This document shows, in pieces, positions 1-7,867 of a stretch of 64,000 bases of DNA (its first letter is position 1; each line of letters starts with the position of its first letter). The translations under genes and the position numbers were made by a program. This stretch comes from Gemmatimonadales bacterium (lineage in GTDB: Bacteria > Gemmatimonadota > Gemmatimonadetes > Gemmatimonadales > GWC2-71-9). Under the pieces are notes generated by a model. It searched no databases. It was given only the letters and a program-made list of their open reading frames with translations, and had not been told where the DNA came from. The DNA is taken from NCBI GenBank assembly GCA_050733195.1, contig JBOHSH010000114.1:5389-69388 (forward strand), written 5' to 3'.

Positions 1-532
1 AGCTGCCGGTGACGGCGAGCCAGCCCCCGACCGGCGCGATCGCGAGCGACAGCCCGAGCCAGAAGTGCGGCCACCAGGTAAAGCGCTTGGAGAGGCTGTA
101 GGTCATCACCCACCCGAGGGCGAGCGGGGAGAGCGCGAAGCAGAGCGGGTTCAGCAGGTAAGCGGACCACCCGAAAATCGCCGCGGCCACGGCGACCGAC
201 ACCCACGCCTGCGCCAGCGTCAGCTTGCCCTGGGGCAGCTCACGGATGCTCGTGCGTGGGTTCGCTGCGTCGAACTCGCGGTCGGCGATCCGGTTGAACC
301 CCATCGCCGCCCAGCGCGCCGCGGCGAAGGCGACGGTGACGAGGGCCACGATGCGCGGCGTGACCGGTGCCTGGAAGGAGGCCGCGACCACGCCGAGGAG
401 GGCGAACGGCAGCGCGAAGAGGGTGTGCGGGAGCTTGACGAAGTTGAGGTAGCGAACGAGGAGGGACTCGCCCGCGAGCGTCTGGCCTTCGCGGGGAGAG
501 TTGGAAACACCTGGCAACGCGGGCACGCCCAT
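1..532 (-). CDS. UbiA-family aromatic prenyltransferase (4-hydroxybenzoate polyprenyltransferase-like), C-terminus beyond window edge
   Basis: Absent from the ORF track because it runs off the edge. My translation from ATG 532 gives MGVPALPG..LVRYLNFVKLPHTLFALPFALLGVVAAS..GFNRIADREFDAANPRTSIRELPQG..WPHFWLGLSLAIAPVGGWLAVTG, with a UbiA-type Asp-rich motif and several TM helices. It lies directly downstream of ubiE. Confidence 0.75.
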   Translation of the reverse strand, partial: MGVPALPGVSNSPREGQTLAGESLLVRYLNFVKLPHTLFALPFALLGVVAASFQAPVTPRIVALVTVAFAAARWAAMGFNRIADREFDAANPRTSIRELPQGKLTLAQAWVSVAVAAAIFGWSAYLLNPLCFALSPLALGWVMTYSLSKRFTWWPHFWLGLSLAIAPVGGWLAVTGS

Positions 533-540
533 CTCGCTCC

Positions 541-582
541 CTAGCCCCTAGCCTAGCCCCTAGCCCCTAGCCCCTAGCCCCC
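541..582. repeat. tandem heptamer array (CCCCTAG)n, about 6 units
   Basis: ctag cccctag cctag cccctag cccctag cccctag ccccc read directly. It lies between the ubiE stop and the ubiA-like start. The ubiE stop TAG (567-569) is inside the array. Confidence 0.9.
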
Positions 583-1295
583 TCGTGAATAGCACATACC
601 CCGCCGAGCAGCAGCCGATACCGCACCGAGCCGAATCCCGCCGCTTCGAGGCGCATGCGCAGCCCGTCGGCGTCGGGGAACAGCTCGACCGACGCTGGCA
701 GGTAGGTATACGCGTTTCTATGTTTCGAGATCAGTCGTCCGATCAGCGGCAGCACGCGCCGGAAGTACGCGAGATACACTCCCCGGAGCAGCTGTCGGCG
801 CGGGGTGGTGAACTCGAGGATCACGAGTCGCGCGCCGGGCTTGAGCACCCGCGCCAGCTCCCGGAGGCCGGCATCGAGATCGACGAGGTTCCGCACCCCG
901 AAACCCACCGTCGCGCCGTCGAACGTCCGGTCGCCGAACGGCAGCTCGAGCGCGTCCGCGTTGCACGGCACGACGCGCGCCGCCTTCCCGCGGCCCTGCA
1001 CCAGCATCTCCTGAGCGAAATCGGCGGCGACGACCCGCCCGCGGAACTTGGCGCGATTCGCGAGCTCGGCCGCGAGATCCAGCGTGCCCGCACAGGCATC
1101 CAGGTAGGTGCCGTCCGGCCTCGTTTCGAAGTCCAGACGGTCCACCGTCAGCCGTCGCCACCGGCGATCGAGGTTCGCGCTGAGGAGATGATTGAGGAGG
1201 TCGTACCGGGGCGCGATCGAGCGGAACATCCCCCGCACGTAGTCCCGCTTCTGCGGCCCGCTGGTGACCGGTAACTCCCTGTCCGTGGCGAACAT
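567..1295 (-). CDS. ubiE: demethylmenaquinone / ubiquinone C-methyltransferase
   Basis: 242 aa. Carries the UbiE/MenG N-terminal signature KRDYVRGMFRSIAPRYDLLNHLLS and the SAM-binding site LDACAGTLDLA; length is typical. Confidence 0.9.
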   Translation of the reverse strand: MFATDRELPVTSGPQKRDYVRGMFRSIAPRYDLLNHLLSANLDRRWRRLTVDRLDFETRPDGTYLDACAGTLDLAAELANRAKFRGRVVAADFAQEMLVQGRGKAARVVPCNADALELPFGDRTFDGATVGFGVRNLVDLDAGLRELARVLKPGARLVILEFTTPRRQLLRGVYLAYFRRVLPLIGRLISKHRNAYTYLPASVELFPDADGLRMRLEAAGFGSVRYRLLLGGVCAIHEGARG

Positions 1296-1363
1296 AGCCG
1301 CCGAATGTAGCCCGCCGGGATGCCGGCTGGCAACTCGCCGTCCAGGGCTTCGCGACGCCGGCC

Positions 1364-1996
1364 GTGGCTGAGCCCTCTCCGCCAGGCCAGAGCCCTCTCC
1401 CCGCCGACCTCCGGACCGCCACCGACCAGGAGGTGGTGCGCGAGGCCCGGAAGGGCGCCGACGCCGCGCACCGGGAGCTGGTGCGGCGGTACGAGCGCCC
1501 CGTGTTCTCGCTCATCTACCGGATGGTACGGAACCGCGAGCTCGCCGAAGACCTCTCGCAGGAGACGTTCATCAAGGTCTTGAACGCGCTCGAGTCCTAC
1601 CGCCCCGAGTTCAAGTTCTCGTCCTGGGTCTTCAAGATCGCCAACAACGCGGCGATCGATCACTTGCGCCGGCGCGAGCTCGACACGCTCTCGCTGGAAG
1701 GCTCTCCGCACGCCGAGACTCCGCAGATGATCGAGGCCACCGCGCTCCAGATCGGGGAGCGGGGCGAGACCGCGCTCGAGGCCGTGGAGAACAAGGAGCT
1801 GGGCGGAGAGATCGAGCGCGCCATCGCGAAGCTCCGCCCCGAGTACCGCACCTGCATCCTGCTGCGCCACGTCGAGGGCCGCGCCTACGAGGAGATCGCC
1901 GAGATCCTGAATCTCCCTCTCGGCACGGTGAAGACCTACATCCACCGCGCGCGAAACGAGCTGCGGATCGCGCTCGCACACCTGAAGACCGAATGA
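1364..1996 (+). CDS. ECF (sigma-24 type) RNA polymerase sigma factor
   Basis: 210 aa, GTG start. Region 2 (HRELVRRYERPVFSLIYRMVRNRELAEDLSQETFIKV) and the region 4 HTH (RAYEEIAEILNLPLGTVKTYIHRARNEL) are both present. Confidence 0.9.
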   Translation: MAEPSPPGQSPLPADLRTATDQEVVREARKGADAAHRELVRRYERPVFSLIYRMVRNRELAEDLSQETFIKVLNALESYRPEFKFSSWVFKIANNAAIDHLRRRELDTLSLEGSPHAETPQMIEATALQIGERGETALEAVENKELGGEIERAIAKLRPEYRTCILLRHVEGRAYEEIAEILNLPLGTVKTYIHRARNELRIALAHLKTE

Positions 1997-1997
1997 A

Positions 1998-2037
1998 AGA
2001 ACCCAGAACCCAGAACTCAGAACTCAGAACGCAGAAC
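1998..2037. repeat. tandem heptamer array (AGAACYC)n, about 6 units
   Basis: agaaccc agaaccc agaactc agaactc agaacgc agaac, immediately after the sigma-factor stop (1994-1996). Confidence 0.9.
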
Positions 2038-2092
2038 TTTCAGTTTGGAACGTGAAACCCGCACGTGAACCGTGCCGTACTGGGGGACGCTT

Positions 2093-2683
2093 ATGACGAA
2101 GCGCTGGCCGATTAACCATTTGACGGCGGACGATCTCGACGCGTTTCACTCTGCGTCGTCGACGGTCGAAGCTCGCGTGCACCTCGCCGAGTGTGACGAG
2201 TGCCGCGCGATGGTGGAGATGGATCGCCTCGTGGTCGGGGCGCTGGCCGCTCTGCCGTCATTCGCTCCAGGAGAGGATTTCGCGGATCGCGTGCTCGCGG
2301 GCGTCCGTGCTCCGGCGCCACTGGTCGTGCGAATCCTCCGTCCGGTCGGCCTGGCCGCGCGCGGGCGGCTCGCCGCCGCGGCGGTCCTCGCGATCGGACT
2401 CGGAGCGAGCATCGTCTGGTCTCTCTTCAATCGGGAACTCCTGCTCTCGTGGGTCCAACTCGCCGCCGTGGAAACCGGCCGGGCACTCTGGCTGGGTGTA
2501 CGAGTGGTGGCGACGAACCTGACCTCGCAGCCGTGGTATCTCCCTCTTCGCGAGTTCGCCTCCTCCCCTGGGCGCCTCGTGTTGCTGGTGGGAGGCTCGC
2601 TGGTCGGGTACGTCGTCGCCCTCGTCGCCCTGCGCAGACTGCTCACCCTGCCCTCCGGGCCGGTTTCCCATGTCAACGGCTAG
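2093..2683 (+). CDS. putative zinc-binding (ZAS-type) anti-sigma factor, membrane anchored
   Basis: Has the H-x3-C-x2-C motif HLAECDECRAMV near the N-terminus, followed by hydrophobic segments. It lies directly downstream of the ECF sigma. ATG 2093 is preceded by GGGGGA; the track start GTG 2072 is an alternative. Confidence 0.7.
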   Translation: MTKRWPINHLTADDLDAFHSASSTVEARVHLAECDECRAMVEMDRLVVGALAALPSFAPGEDFADRVLAGVRAPAPLVVRILRPVGLAARGRLAAAAVLAIGLGASIVWSLFNRELLLSWVQLAAVETGRALWLGVRVVATNLTSQPWYLPLREFASSPGRLVLLVGGSLVGYVVALVALRRLLTLPSGPVSHVNG

Positions 2684-3911
2684 CCGCTTTCTGATCGTCG
2701 GGGCGTCGCTTCTCGCGGCGCCCCCCCCGGGCCCGGTCGCGGCCCGCGACCGCGAAAGCCTTCCAGCGTCGCTCGAGCGCCTGCTCGGCCAGCTCCCGTT
2801 CTCCTCGCGGCTCCGCGGCTCCGAGGTCGCGCCCCAGGCTGTTCCGGAGGCCCCGGTGGGGGGCCCGACCGTCGACCTGCAGACCCTCGGCGACCCCGTC
2901 GCCCTCGAGCGCCGGCTGCGTCGGCTCCTCGAGGTCGAGCCGGGGAAGCTCGCGCTTACCGTGGCGGGGGGTCGCGCCCGGCTCGGCGACTTCTCGGTGG
3001 GCTCGAGCGAGACCTTCACCGGCCACCTGCTCGTCCTCCGGGGCCAGCTCGATCTCTTCGGGCGGGTTACGGGCAACGTCGTCTCCCTGGATGGCGACAT
3101 CGTGATGCACTCTGGCGCCACCGTGGACGGCGACGCGCTCGCGCTCGGCGGGCGCATCCAGGACCGGGGCGGGGTCATCCGCGGAGAGCAGCGGGCCCTC
3201 GGCGCCACCCGCGAACCGGTGTCGGCGCCGCGGCCCGCCGCGACGCTCGCGCTGCTTCGTGCGGCCGGGCTCACCGGCGTGCTGCTCACGCTGCTCGTGC
3301 TCGGCGCCGGATGCGTCCTCTTCGCCAGGCCGAACCTCGAGATCGTGTCGGATACGGTGAGCCACAGCTTCCTCCGCTCGTTCTTCGCCGGGCTGCTGGC
3401 CCAGGTGCTCGTCATCCCGACGTTCGGCATGCTGATCACCGGGCTCGTTCTGAGCGTCGTCGGCGTCCTGCTGGTCCCGTTCGTGGTGGTGGCGCTGCCG
3501 CTCCTCGTCCTCGCCGCGGTGGTCGGCGGATTCATCGCGGTGGCCCACGCGATGGGGGAGACCCATCTTCGCCGCCGCATGGCTGCGGGCGTCGTGGTGG
3601 GCTCCGCCAACAGCTACCGGTACCTCGCGATCGGCCTCACGGGCGTGGGCCTGGTCTGGCTGATCTGGGTGGCCTTCGGCTGGGTACCCATCGCGGGCGG
3701 GCTCGTCTTCGCGGTCGCCGCGATCGCCACCTGGCTCCTCGCGACCGTGGGCTTCGGGGCCTGCCTGCTGTCGCGCGCGGGCGTGCAGCCCGGGTTCGCG
3801 GGTCGCTACATCCCGCCGGAGGCGATGACCGACGAATACCTCTGGGCCACTCCCCAGTTCGGCGTCACCGCGGTGAAGCGACCCCCTCCGAAGCAGCGGG
3901 GTGAGCGGTGA
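2670..3911 (+). CDS. membrane protein with bactofilin-like (polymer-forming beta-helix) domain
   Basis: 413 aa. Signal-like N-terminus, then the repeat region FTGHLLVLRGQLDLFGRVTGNVVSLDGDIVMHSGATVDGDALALGGRI. The C-terminal half is several TM helices. It overlaps the anti-sigma stop by 14 nt. Family assigned from memory. Confidence 0.55.
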   Translation: MSTASRFLIVGASLLAAPPPGPVAARDRESLPASLERLLGQLPFSSRLRGSEVAPQAVPEAPVGGPTVDLQTLGDPVALERRLRRLLEVEPGKLALTVAGGRARLGDFSVGSSETFTGHLLVLRGQLDLFGRVTGNVVSLDGDIVMHSGATVDGDALALGGRIQDRGGVIRGEQRALGATREPVSAPRPAATLALLRAAGLTGVLLTLLVLGAGCVLFARPNLEIVSDTVSHSFLRSFFAGLLAQVLVIPTFGMLITGLVLSVVGVLLVPFVVVALPLLVLAAVVGGFIAVAHAMGETHLRRRMAAGVVVGSANSYRYLAIGLTGVGLVWLIWVAFGWVPIAGGLVFAVAAIATWLLATVGFGACLLSRAGVQPGFAGRYIPPEAMTDEYLWATPQFGVTAVKRPPPKQRGER

Positions 3912-4768
3912 CACGTCCTGTTCCCGGCGCGCTGCTCGCTCTCTCCTGGCTCGCCGCCGCGCCTCTCGCCGCGCAGACGATGCGCGAGTTCAGCTACGAA
4001 CGGGGGCTCCGGGGCGAGCGACGGCTCCGCGCCGTGATCGAGTTCGCCGCCGGCTCGCTGCTCCTCCGGGCCGCGCCGCGCGAGCGGCTCTACGGGTTCT
4101 CCCTCCGCTACGACGCCGACCGGTTCGAGCCGGTGGGCACCTTCGATCCGAAGGGCGGCGAGGTACGGCTCGGCGTCGAGAGCACGCGGCGCGGAGGCGT
4201 ACGAGTCGGGCGGAAGGACGCGCTGCCGCAGACGGCGGTGGTGGAGCTCGCGGCGGAGGTCCCGCTCTCGGTCGACCTCTCGCTCGGCGCGGCGGAAAGC
4301 CTGGTCGAGCTGGGCGGCCTCTCGCTCACCGATCTCTCGCTCAAGACCGGCGCCAGCCGGACCGAGGTGCGGTTCTCCACGCCCACGCGGGGGGACTGCC
4401 GTAATGCCTTCGTCGCTTCGGGTGCCGGCGAGGTCGAGATCGTCGGTCTCGGCAACAGCAGGTGCCGCTACTGGCGATTCGACGGCGGCGTCGGCGCCGT
4501 CACCGTCGACCTGGCCGGGGCCTGGACCGCCGATGCGCGGCTCGTGATGGAGATGGCGCTCGGGGGCACCACGCTGGTGATGCCCCGCGAGCGGGGGCGG
4601 GGCATCGGCGTGCGCATCAAGGTGAGCGGCTTCCTCGCGGGATTCGAGGGGTCCGGCTTCCAGAAGCGCGACGGGGCCTGGTACTCGCCCGGATACGACC
4701 GCGCCGGGCACAAGGTGGACGTGCAGGTGACCGGCGCGCTGGGCGGCGTCAAAGTGGAGTGGAAATAG
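3908..4768 (+). CDS. secreted beta-rich protein (LiaF/DUF2154-DUF4097 toast-rack-like), hypothetical
   Basis: 286 aa. Signal peptide LSWLAAAPLAAQ, C-terminus ..GHKVDVQVTGALGGVKVEWK. GTGA start/stop overlap with the upstream gene. The domain call is tentative. Confidence 0.5.
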   Translation: MTRPVPGALLALSWLAAAPLAAQTMREFSYERGLRGERRLRAVIEFAAGSLLLRAAPRERLYGFSLRYDADRFEPVGTFDPKGGEVRLGVESTRRGGVRVGRKDALPQTAVVELAAEVPLSVDLSLGAAESLVELGGLSLTDLSLKTGASRTEVRFSTPTRGDCRNAFVASGAGEVEIVGLGNSRCRYWRFDGGVGAVTVDLAGAWTADARLVMEMALGGTTLVMPRERGRGIGVRIKVSGFLAGFEGSGFQKRDGAWYSPGYDRAGHKVDVQVTGALGGVKVEWK

Positions 4769-4821
4769 GAACAAGGGTCTCGACTGGCCGCGAAGGACCG
4801 ATTCCACTACGTTGGGCCCCC

Positions 4822-5364
4822 ATGCGCGGACTCGTGCTGACCTCCCTCAAGCAGTTCGTGACCACGACCCTCGGCGAGCCGGCGTGGACCCAGCTCCTCG
4901 CCGATGCCGGCCTCGAGGGAAAGCTTTATCTGGTGAGCGATACCTATCCCGACGAGGACGTGGTGGGCCTCGTCACCGCGGCGTCCACGCGCACCGGCAT
5001 CCCCGCGCCCGACCTGGTCCGGAAGTTCGGAGAATTCCTGGTGCCCGGGCTCGTGCACACCTACCGGGCGTTCATCAAGCCGTCCTGGCGCACGCTCGAC
5101 TTCATCGCCGAGGTCGAGGACCACATCCACAAGGCGGTGCGGCTTCGCGAGCCGGAAGCGGCGCCGCCGCGCCTTCGCGCCACCCGCACCACTCCCACCC
5201 AGGTCGTGGTGCACTACGATTCGCCGCGACGCCTCTGCCCGCTGGCGGAAGGAATCGTGGCCGGCGTCGCCGCCCATTACGGCGAGCGCGTGAACATCAC
5301 CCAGACCAGCTGCATGGTCCGCGGCGATCCCGCCTGCGTTCTGGTGGTGGATCTGGTCGCCTGA
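4822..5364 (+). CDS. stand-alone H-NOX (haem NO/O2-binding, HNOB) domain protein
   Basis: 180 aa from ATG 4822, which is residue 121 of track ORF 4462..5364. It aligns by eye to Tt H-NOX and the sGC beta N-terminus: MRGLVLTSLKQFV, proximal His in EVEDHIHKAV, AAPPRL, and haem-propionate motif Y-x-S-x-R (HYDSPRRL). Confidence 0.85.
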   Translation: MRGLVLTSLKQFVTTTLGEPAWTQLLADAGLEGKLYLVSDTYPDEDVVGLVTAASTRTGIPAPDLVRKFGEFLVPGLVHTYRAFIKPSWRTLDFIAEVEDHIHKAVRLREPEAAPPRLRATRTTPTQVVVHYDSPRRLCPLAEGIVAGVAAHYGERVNITQTSCMVRGDPACVLVVDLVA

Positions 5365-5384
5365 GCCGTTGGCTCCCCGGCTCC

Positions 5385-6509
5385 CTAAGAGATCACCGGC
5401 AGCGAGAAGGTCCGGGACCTGGCCTCGGCGTGGACACGCTCCGCGACCGAAAGGAGCGCGAGGGAGGCAATGCTTCCCGGATCCGCGACGAGGGCCGGCC
5501 GGCCCTGATCGGCGGCCTCGGCGAGGCCCGGCGACAGAGGTACTTCGCCCAGCAGCGGCACGCCGAGCTCGTCCGCCAGGCGCTTCCCGCCGCCCTCGGC
5601 GAAGAACGCGAACCGCCGGCCGGTCTCGGGGTCGGTGAAGCCGCTCATGTTCTCCACGATGCCGAGCACGGGCACGTTCACCCGCTCGAACATCTTCGCG
5701 CCCTTGAGCGCGTCGCCCACCGCCATCTCCTGCGGCGTGGTCACGATGATCGCGCCGCCCACGAGCACCGACTGCACCAGCGAGAGCTGCGCGTCGCCGG
5801 TGCCGGGAGGCATGTCGACCAGGAAGTAATCGAGCTCGCCCCACTCCACGTCGCGCAGGAACTGCTGGATCACCTTCATGATGATCGGACCGCGCCAGAT
5901 GGCGGGCGCATCGCGCTCCACCAGGAACCCGATCGACATGAGCTTGACGCCGTGCGCCTCGAGCGGCTGGATCCGCCCGCCCACGACCATGGGCCGGTCG
6001 AAAGTCCCGAACATCAGCGGGATGTTGGGACCGTAGATGTCGGCGTCCATGAGCCCGACGCGGAAGCCGAGCCGGGTGAGGCCGATCGCGAGATTCGCGG
6101 CGACCGTCGACTTTCCGACCCCGCCCTTTCCCGAGCTCACCGCGAGCACCCGGCCGAGCTGGGCGATCTCGGTCGGGACCGGAGCGGGCACCGCTCCCGT
6201 CGATTGCGGCATCGCGCCGGGCGGGGCGCCCGGCGGAGCGTGCGTGGTGCGCGCCGGGCCGGCGGGATCGGTGACGGTGATCTTGACCGCCTCCGCCTTC
6301 ACCCCCTCGACCGCCTTCACCGCCGCGCGGGCTTCTCGCACCAGGGTGGCCGGATCGTCTTTGGCGAGGAGGAAGCTGAAGCTCACCCGGCCATCGTCGC
6401 CGACGGCGAGGTCGCGGATCATGCCCGCAGAAAAGACGTCGTTGTCGAGGCGGGGATTCCGGATGCGGGCGAGGGCGGCGAGGACGCGCGCCTCGAGCGA
6501 CTCAGTCAC
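5385..6509 (-). CDS. apbC: Mrp/ApbC/NBP35-family P-loop ATPase (Fe-S cluster carrier type)
   Basis: 374 aa. DUF59/MIP18-like N-terminal domain, deviant Walker A SSGKGGVGKST, and DMPPGTGD. There is no cysteine anywhere in the protein, so the CxxC motif is missing. Confidence 0.85.
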   Translation of the reverse strand: MTESLEARVLAALARIRNPRLDNDVFSAGMIRDLAVGDDGRVSFSFLLAKDDPATLVREARAAVKAVEGVKAEAVKITVTDPAGPARTTHAPPGAPPGAMPQSTGAVPAPVPTEIAQLGRVLAVSSGKGGVGKSTVAANLAIGLTRLGFRVGLMDADIYGPNIPLMFGTFDRPMVVGGRIQPLEAHGVKLMSIGFLVERDAPAIWRGPIIMKVIQQFLRDVEWGELDYFLVDMPPGTGDAQLSLVQSVLVGGAIIVTTPQEMAVGDALKGAKMFERVNVPVLGIVENMSGFTDPETGRRFAFFAEGGGKRLADELGVPLLGEVPLSPGLAEAADQGRPALVADPGSIASLALLSVAERVHAEARSRTFSLPVIS

Positions 6510-6518
6510 GGAGCGGAT

Positions 6519-6752
6519 TCAGATCGCTTCGACGGCGCGGACTTCCGGGACCATCTGCCGGAGCCGGGCTTCGATCCCCTGGCGCAGGGTGATCGAAGAC
6601 GCCGAGCAGCCGGAGCAGGTCCCCCCCAGCCGGAGGGTGAGCGTGCCGTCGGCGTCGTCGAAATCCACGACCTCCACGTGCCCCCGATGGGAGGCGATGT
6701 AGGGTCGGAGCGTGTCGAGGGTCTGTTCGATGCGTTCGAGTGTGTCCGGCAT
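6519..6752 (-). CDS. NifU/Nfu C-terminal domain protein
   Basis: 77 aa. Typical Nfu domain LRPYIASHRGHVEVVDFD..LTLRLGGTCSGCSAS containing CxxC. Confidence 0.85.
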   Translation of the reverse strand: MPDTLERIEQTLDTLRPYIASHRGHVEVVDFDDADGTLTLRLGGTCSGCSASSITLRQGIEARLRQMVPEVRAVEAI

Positions 6753-6755
6753 ATC

Positions 6756-6779
6756 CTGTCCGTCTGTCCGTCTGTCCTG
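6756..6779. repeat. tandem octamer array (TGTCCGTC)n, about 3 units
   Basis: ctgtccgtctgtccgtctgtcctg, just upstream of the nifU-like start. It is the reverse complement of the GACGGGCA/GACGGACA units at 55554. Confidence 0.6.
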
Positions 6780-6789
6780 AAAGATAGTC

Positions 6790-7815
6790 TTACGCTCTCG
6801 GTATCGAGGCCAGGTAGCCGCGCGCCGCGGTCAGGACCTGGGATTGCACGTCGGCCAGGGAGCCCTCGACCGACAGGCCGGCCGCGTGCACGTGGCCGCC
6901 CCCGCCGAACGGCCGCGCGAAGGCGGCGACGTCGACGTCGCCCACCGATCGGAGGGAGACCTTGATGCGCCCCCGGGAGATCTCCCGGAACATGAGCGCC
7001 ATGCGGGTGCCGGAGACCGACCGGGGAAACTCCACCACCCCATCGAGGTCGTCCACGGAGACGTCGTGCCGCTCGATGGCGCCCGGAGGCACGGTTACCC
7101 AGGAGAGCCCGACGTCCGGCTCCACCACCAGGGTCTGCAGCGCTTCGGCGAGCAGCCGGGGCCGGCCCGGCGGCGCGTTGGCGTAGACGTCGAGGTAGAT
7201 GTCCTCCGGGTCGAGCCCTCCCCGCTCGAGGAGCTCGGCGGCGATCCGGAGGGTGCGCGGATGGGTGTTGCTGAACCGGAACCCGCCGGTATCGGTGAGC
7301 ACGGCCACGTACAGGGCGCGGGCGGCCGCGGGGACAATCGGCCACTGGTTGGCGAGGGCGATCTCGCAGACCAGCTCACCGGTCGCCGCAGCCCCGGGGT
7401 CGAGGTAGCGCGGCCCCGGCGGCAGCGTGCCGGGGCTCACGTGATGGTCGATGCAGGCCACGGGGACGCCCCGCTCCGTCACCGTGGACGCGAGCATCCC
7501 GAGGCGGCCGAGATCGGAGATGTCGAGGACGACGATCACGTCGGCCTGCCGGAGCGCGCGGACCGCGTTCTCCGTCTGGTCGACACCCGGAAGATCCTCG
7601 AAGAGAAAGCCGAAGCGTCCCGCGGTGGGGCTCGGGTTGGCGATCGTGACGTCGAGGCCGCAGCTCCGAAGCAGATGCGCGAGTCCCACCTCGCTGCCGA
7701 GCCCGTCGCCGTCGGGATTCACGTGGGTGGTGAGCGCTACCCGCCTCCCCGGAACGCAGAGCGCGGCCAGCTCCTGCGCCGCGGTGAGCTTCTCGGCCGA
7801 GAGAGTGATGGACAT
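6790..7815 (-). CDS. nrnA: DHH/DHHA1 phosphoesterase (NrnA-like oligoribonuclease / pAp phosphatase)
   Basis: 341 aa. Motifs HVNPDGDGLGS, DHH (CIDHHVS) and the DHHA1 motif GGGGHVHAAG. Confidence 0.8.
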   Translation of the reverse strand: MSITLSAEKLTAAQELAALCVPGRRVALTTHVNPDGDGLGSEVGLAHLLRSCGLDVTIANPSPTAGRFGFLFEDLPGVDQTENAVRALRQADVIVVLDISDLGRLGMLASTVTERGVPVACIDHHVSPGTLPPGPRYLDPGAAATGELVCEIALANQWPIVPAAARALYVAVLTDTGGFRFSNTHPRTLRIAAELLERGGLDPEDIYLDVYANAPPGRPRLLAEALQTLVVEPDVGLSWVTVPPGAIERHDVSVDDLDGVVEFPRSVSGTRMALMFREISRGRIKVSLRSVGDVDVAAFARPFGGGGHVHAAGLSVEGSLADVQSQVLTAARGYLASIPRA

Positions 7816-7836
7816 GCCGCGAGGAACATAACAGGC

Positions 7837-7867
7837 GGTGACGGTGGTCGGTTGACGGTCAACCTTT
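7837..7867. repeat. GGTGACG/GGTTGAC heptamer cluster with palindrome GGTTGACGGTCAACC
   Basis: ggtgacggtggtcggttgacggtcaaccttt. The permease stop TGA (7859-7861) lies inside it. The motif CGTCAACCTTT recurs at 20111 and 62991, with a variant at 59305. Confidence 0.75.

Noticed and set aside
2258-3914. 450-aa and 413-aa antisense ORFs opposite the bactofilin-like membrane protein gene
   Set aside because: Arg/Pro/Ser/Thr-rich shadows. The + strand frame shows a signal sequence, a beta-helix repeat and TM helices, and is coupled to its neighbours.
4812-6965. 717-aa ORF on the + strand
   Set aside because: Arg/Pro/Gly/His-rich low-complexity translation. It is antisense to the well-supported mrp and nifU-like genes, a typical GC-driven shadow ORF.
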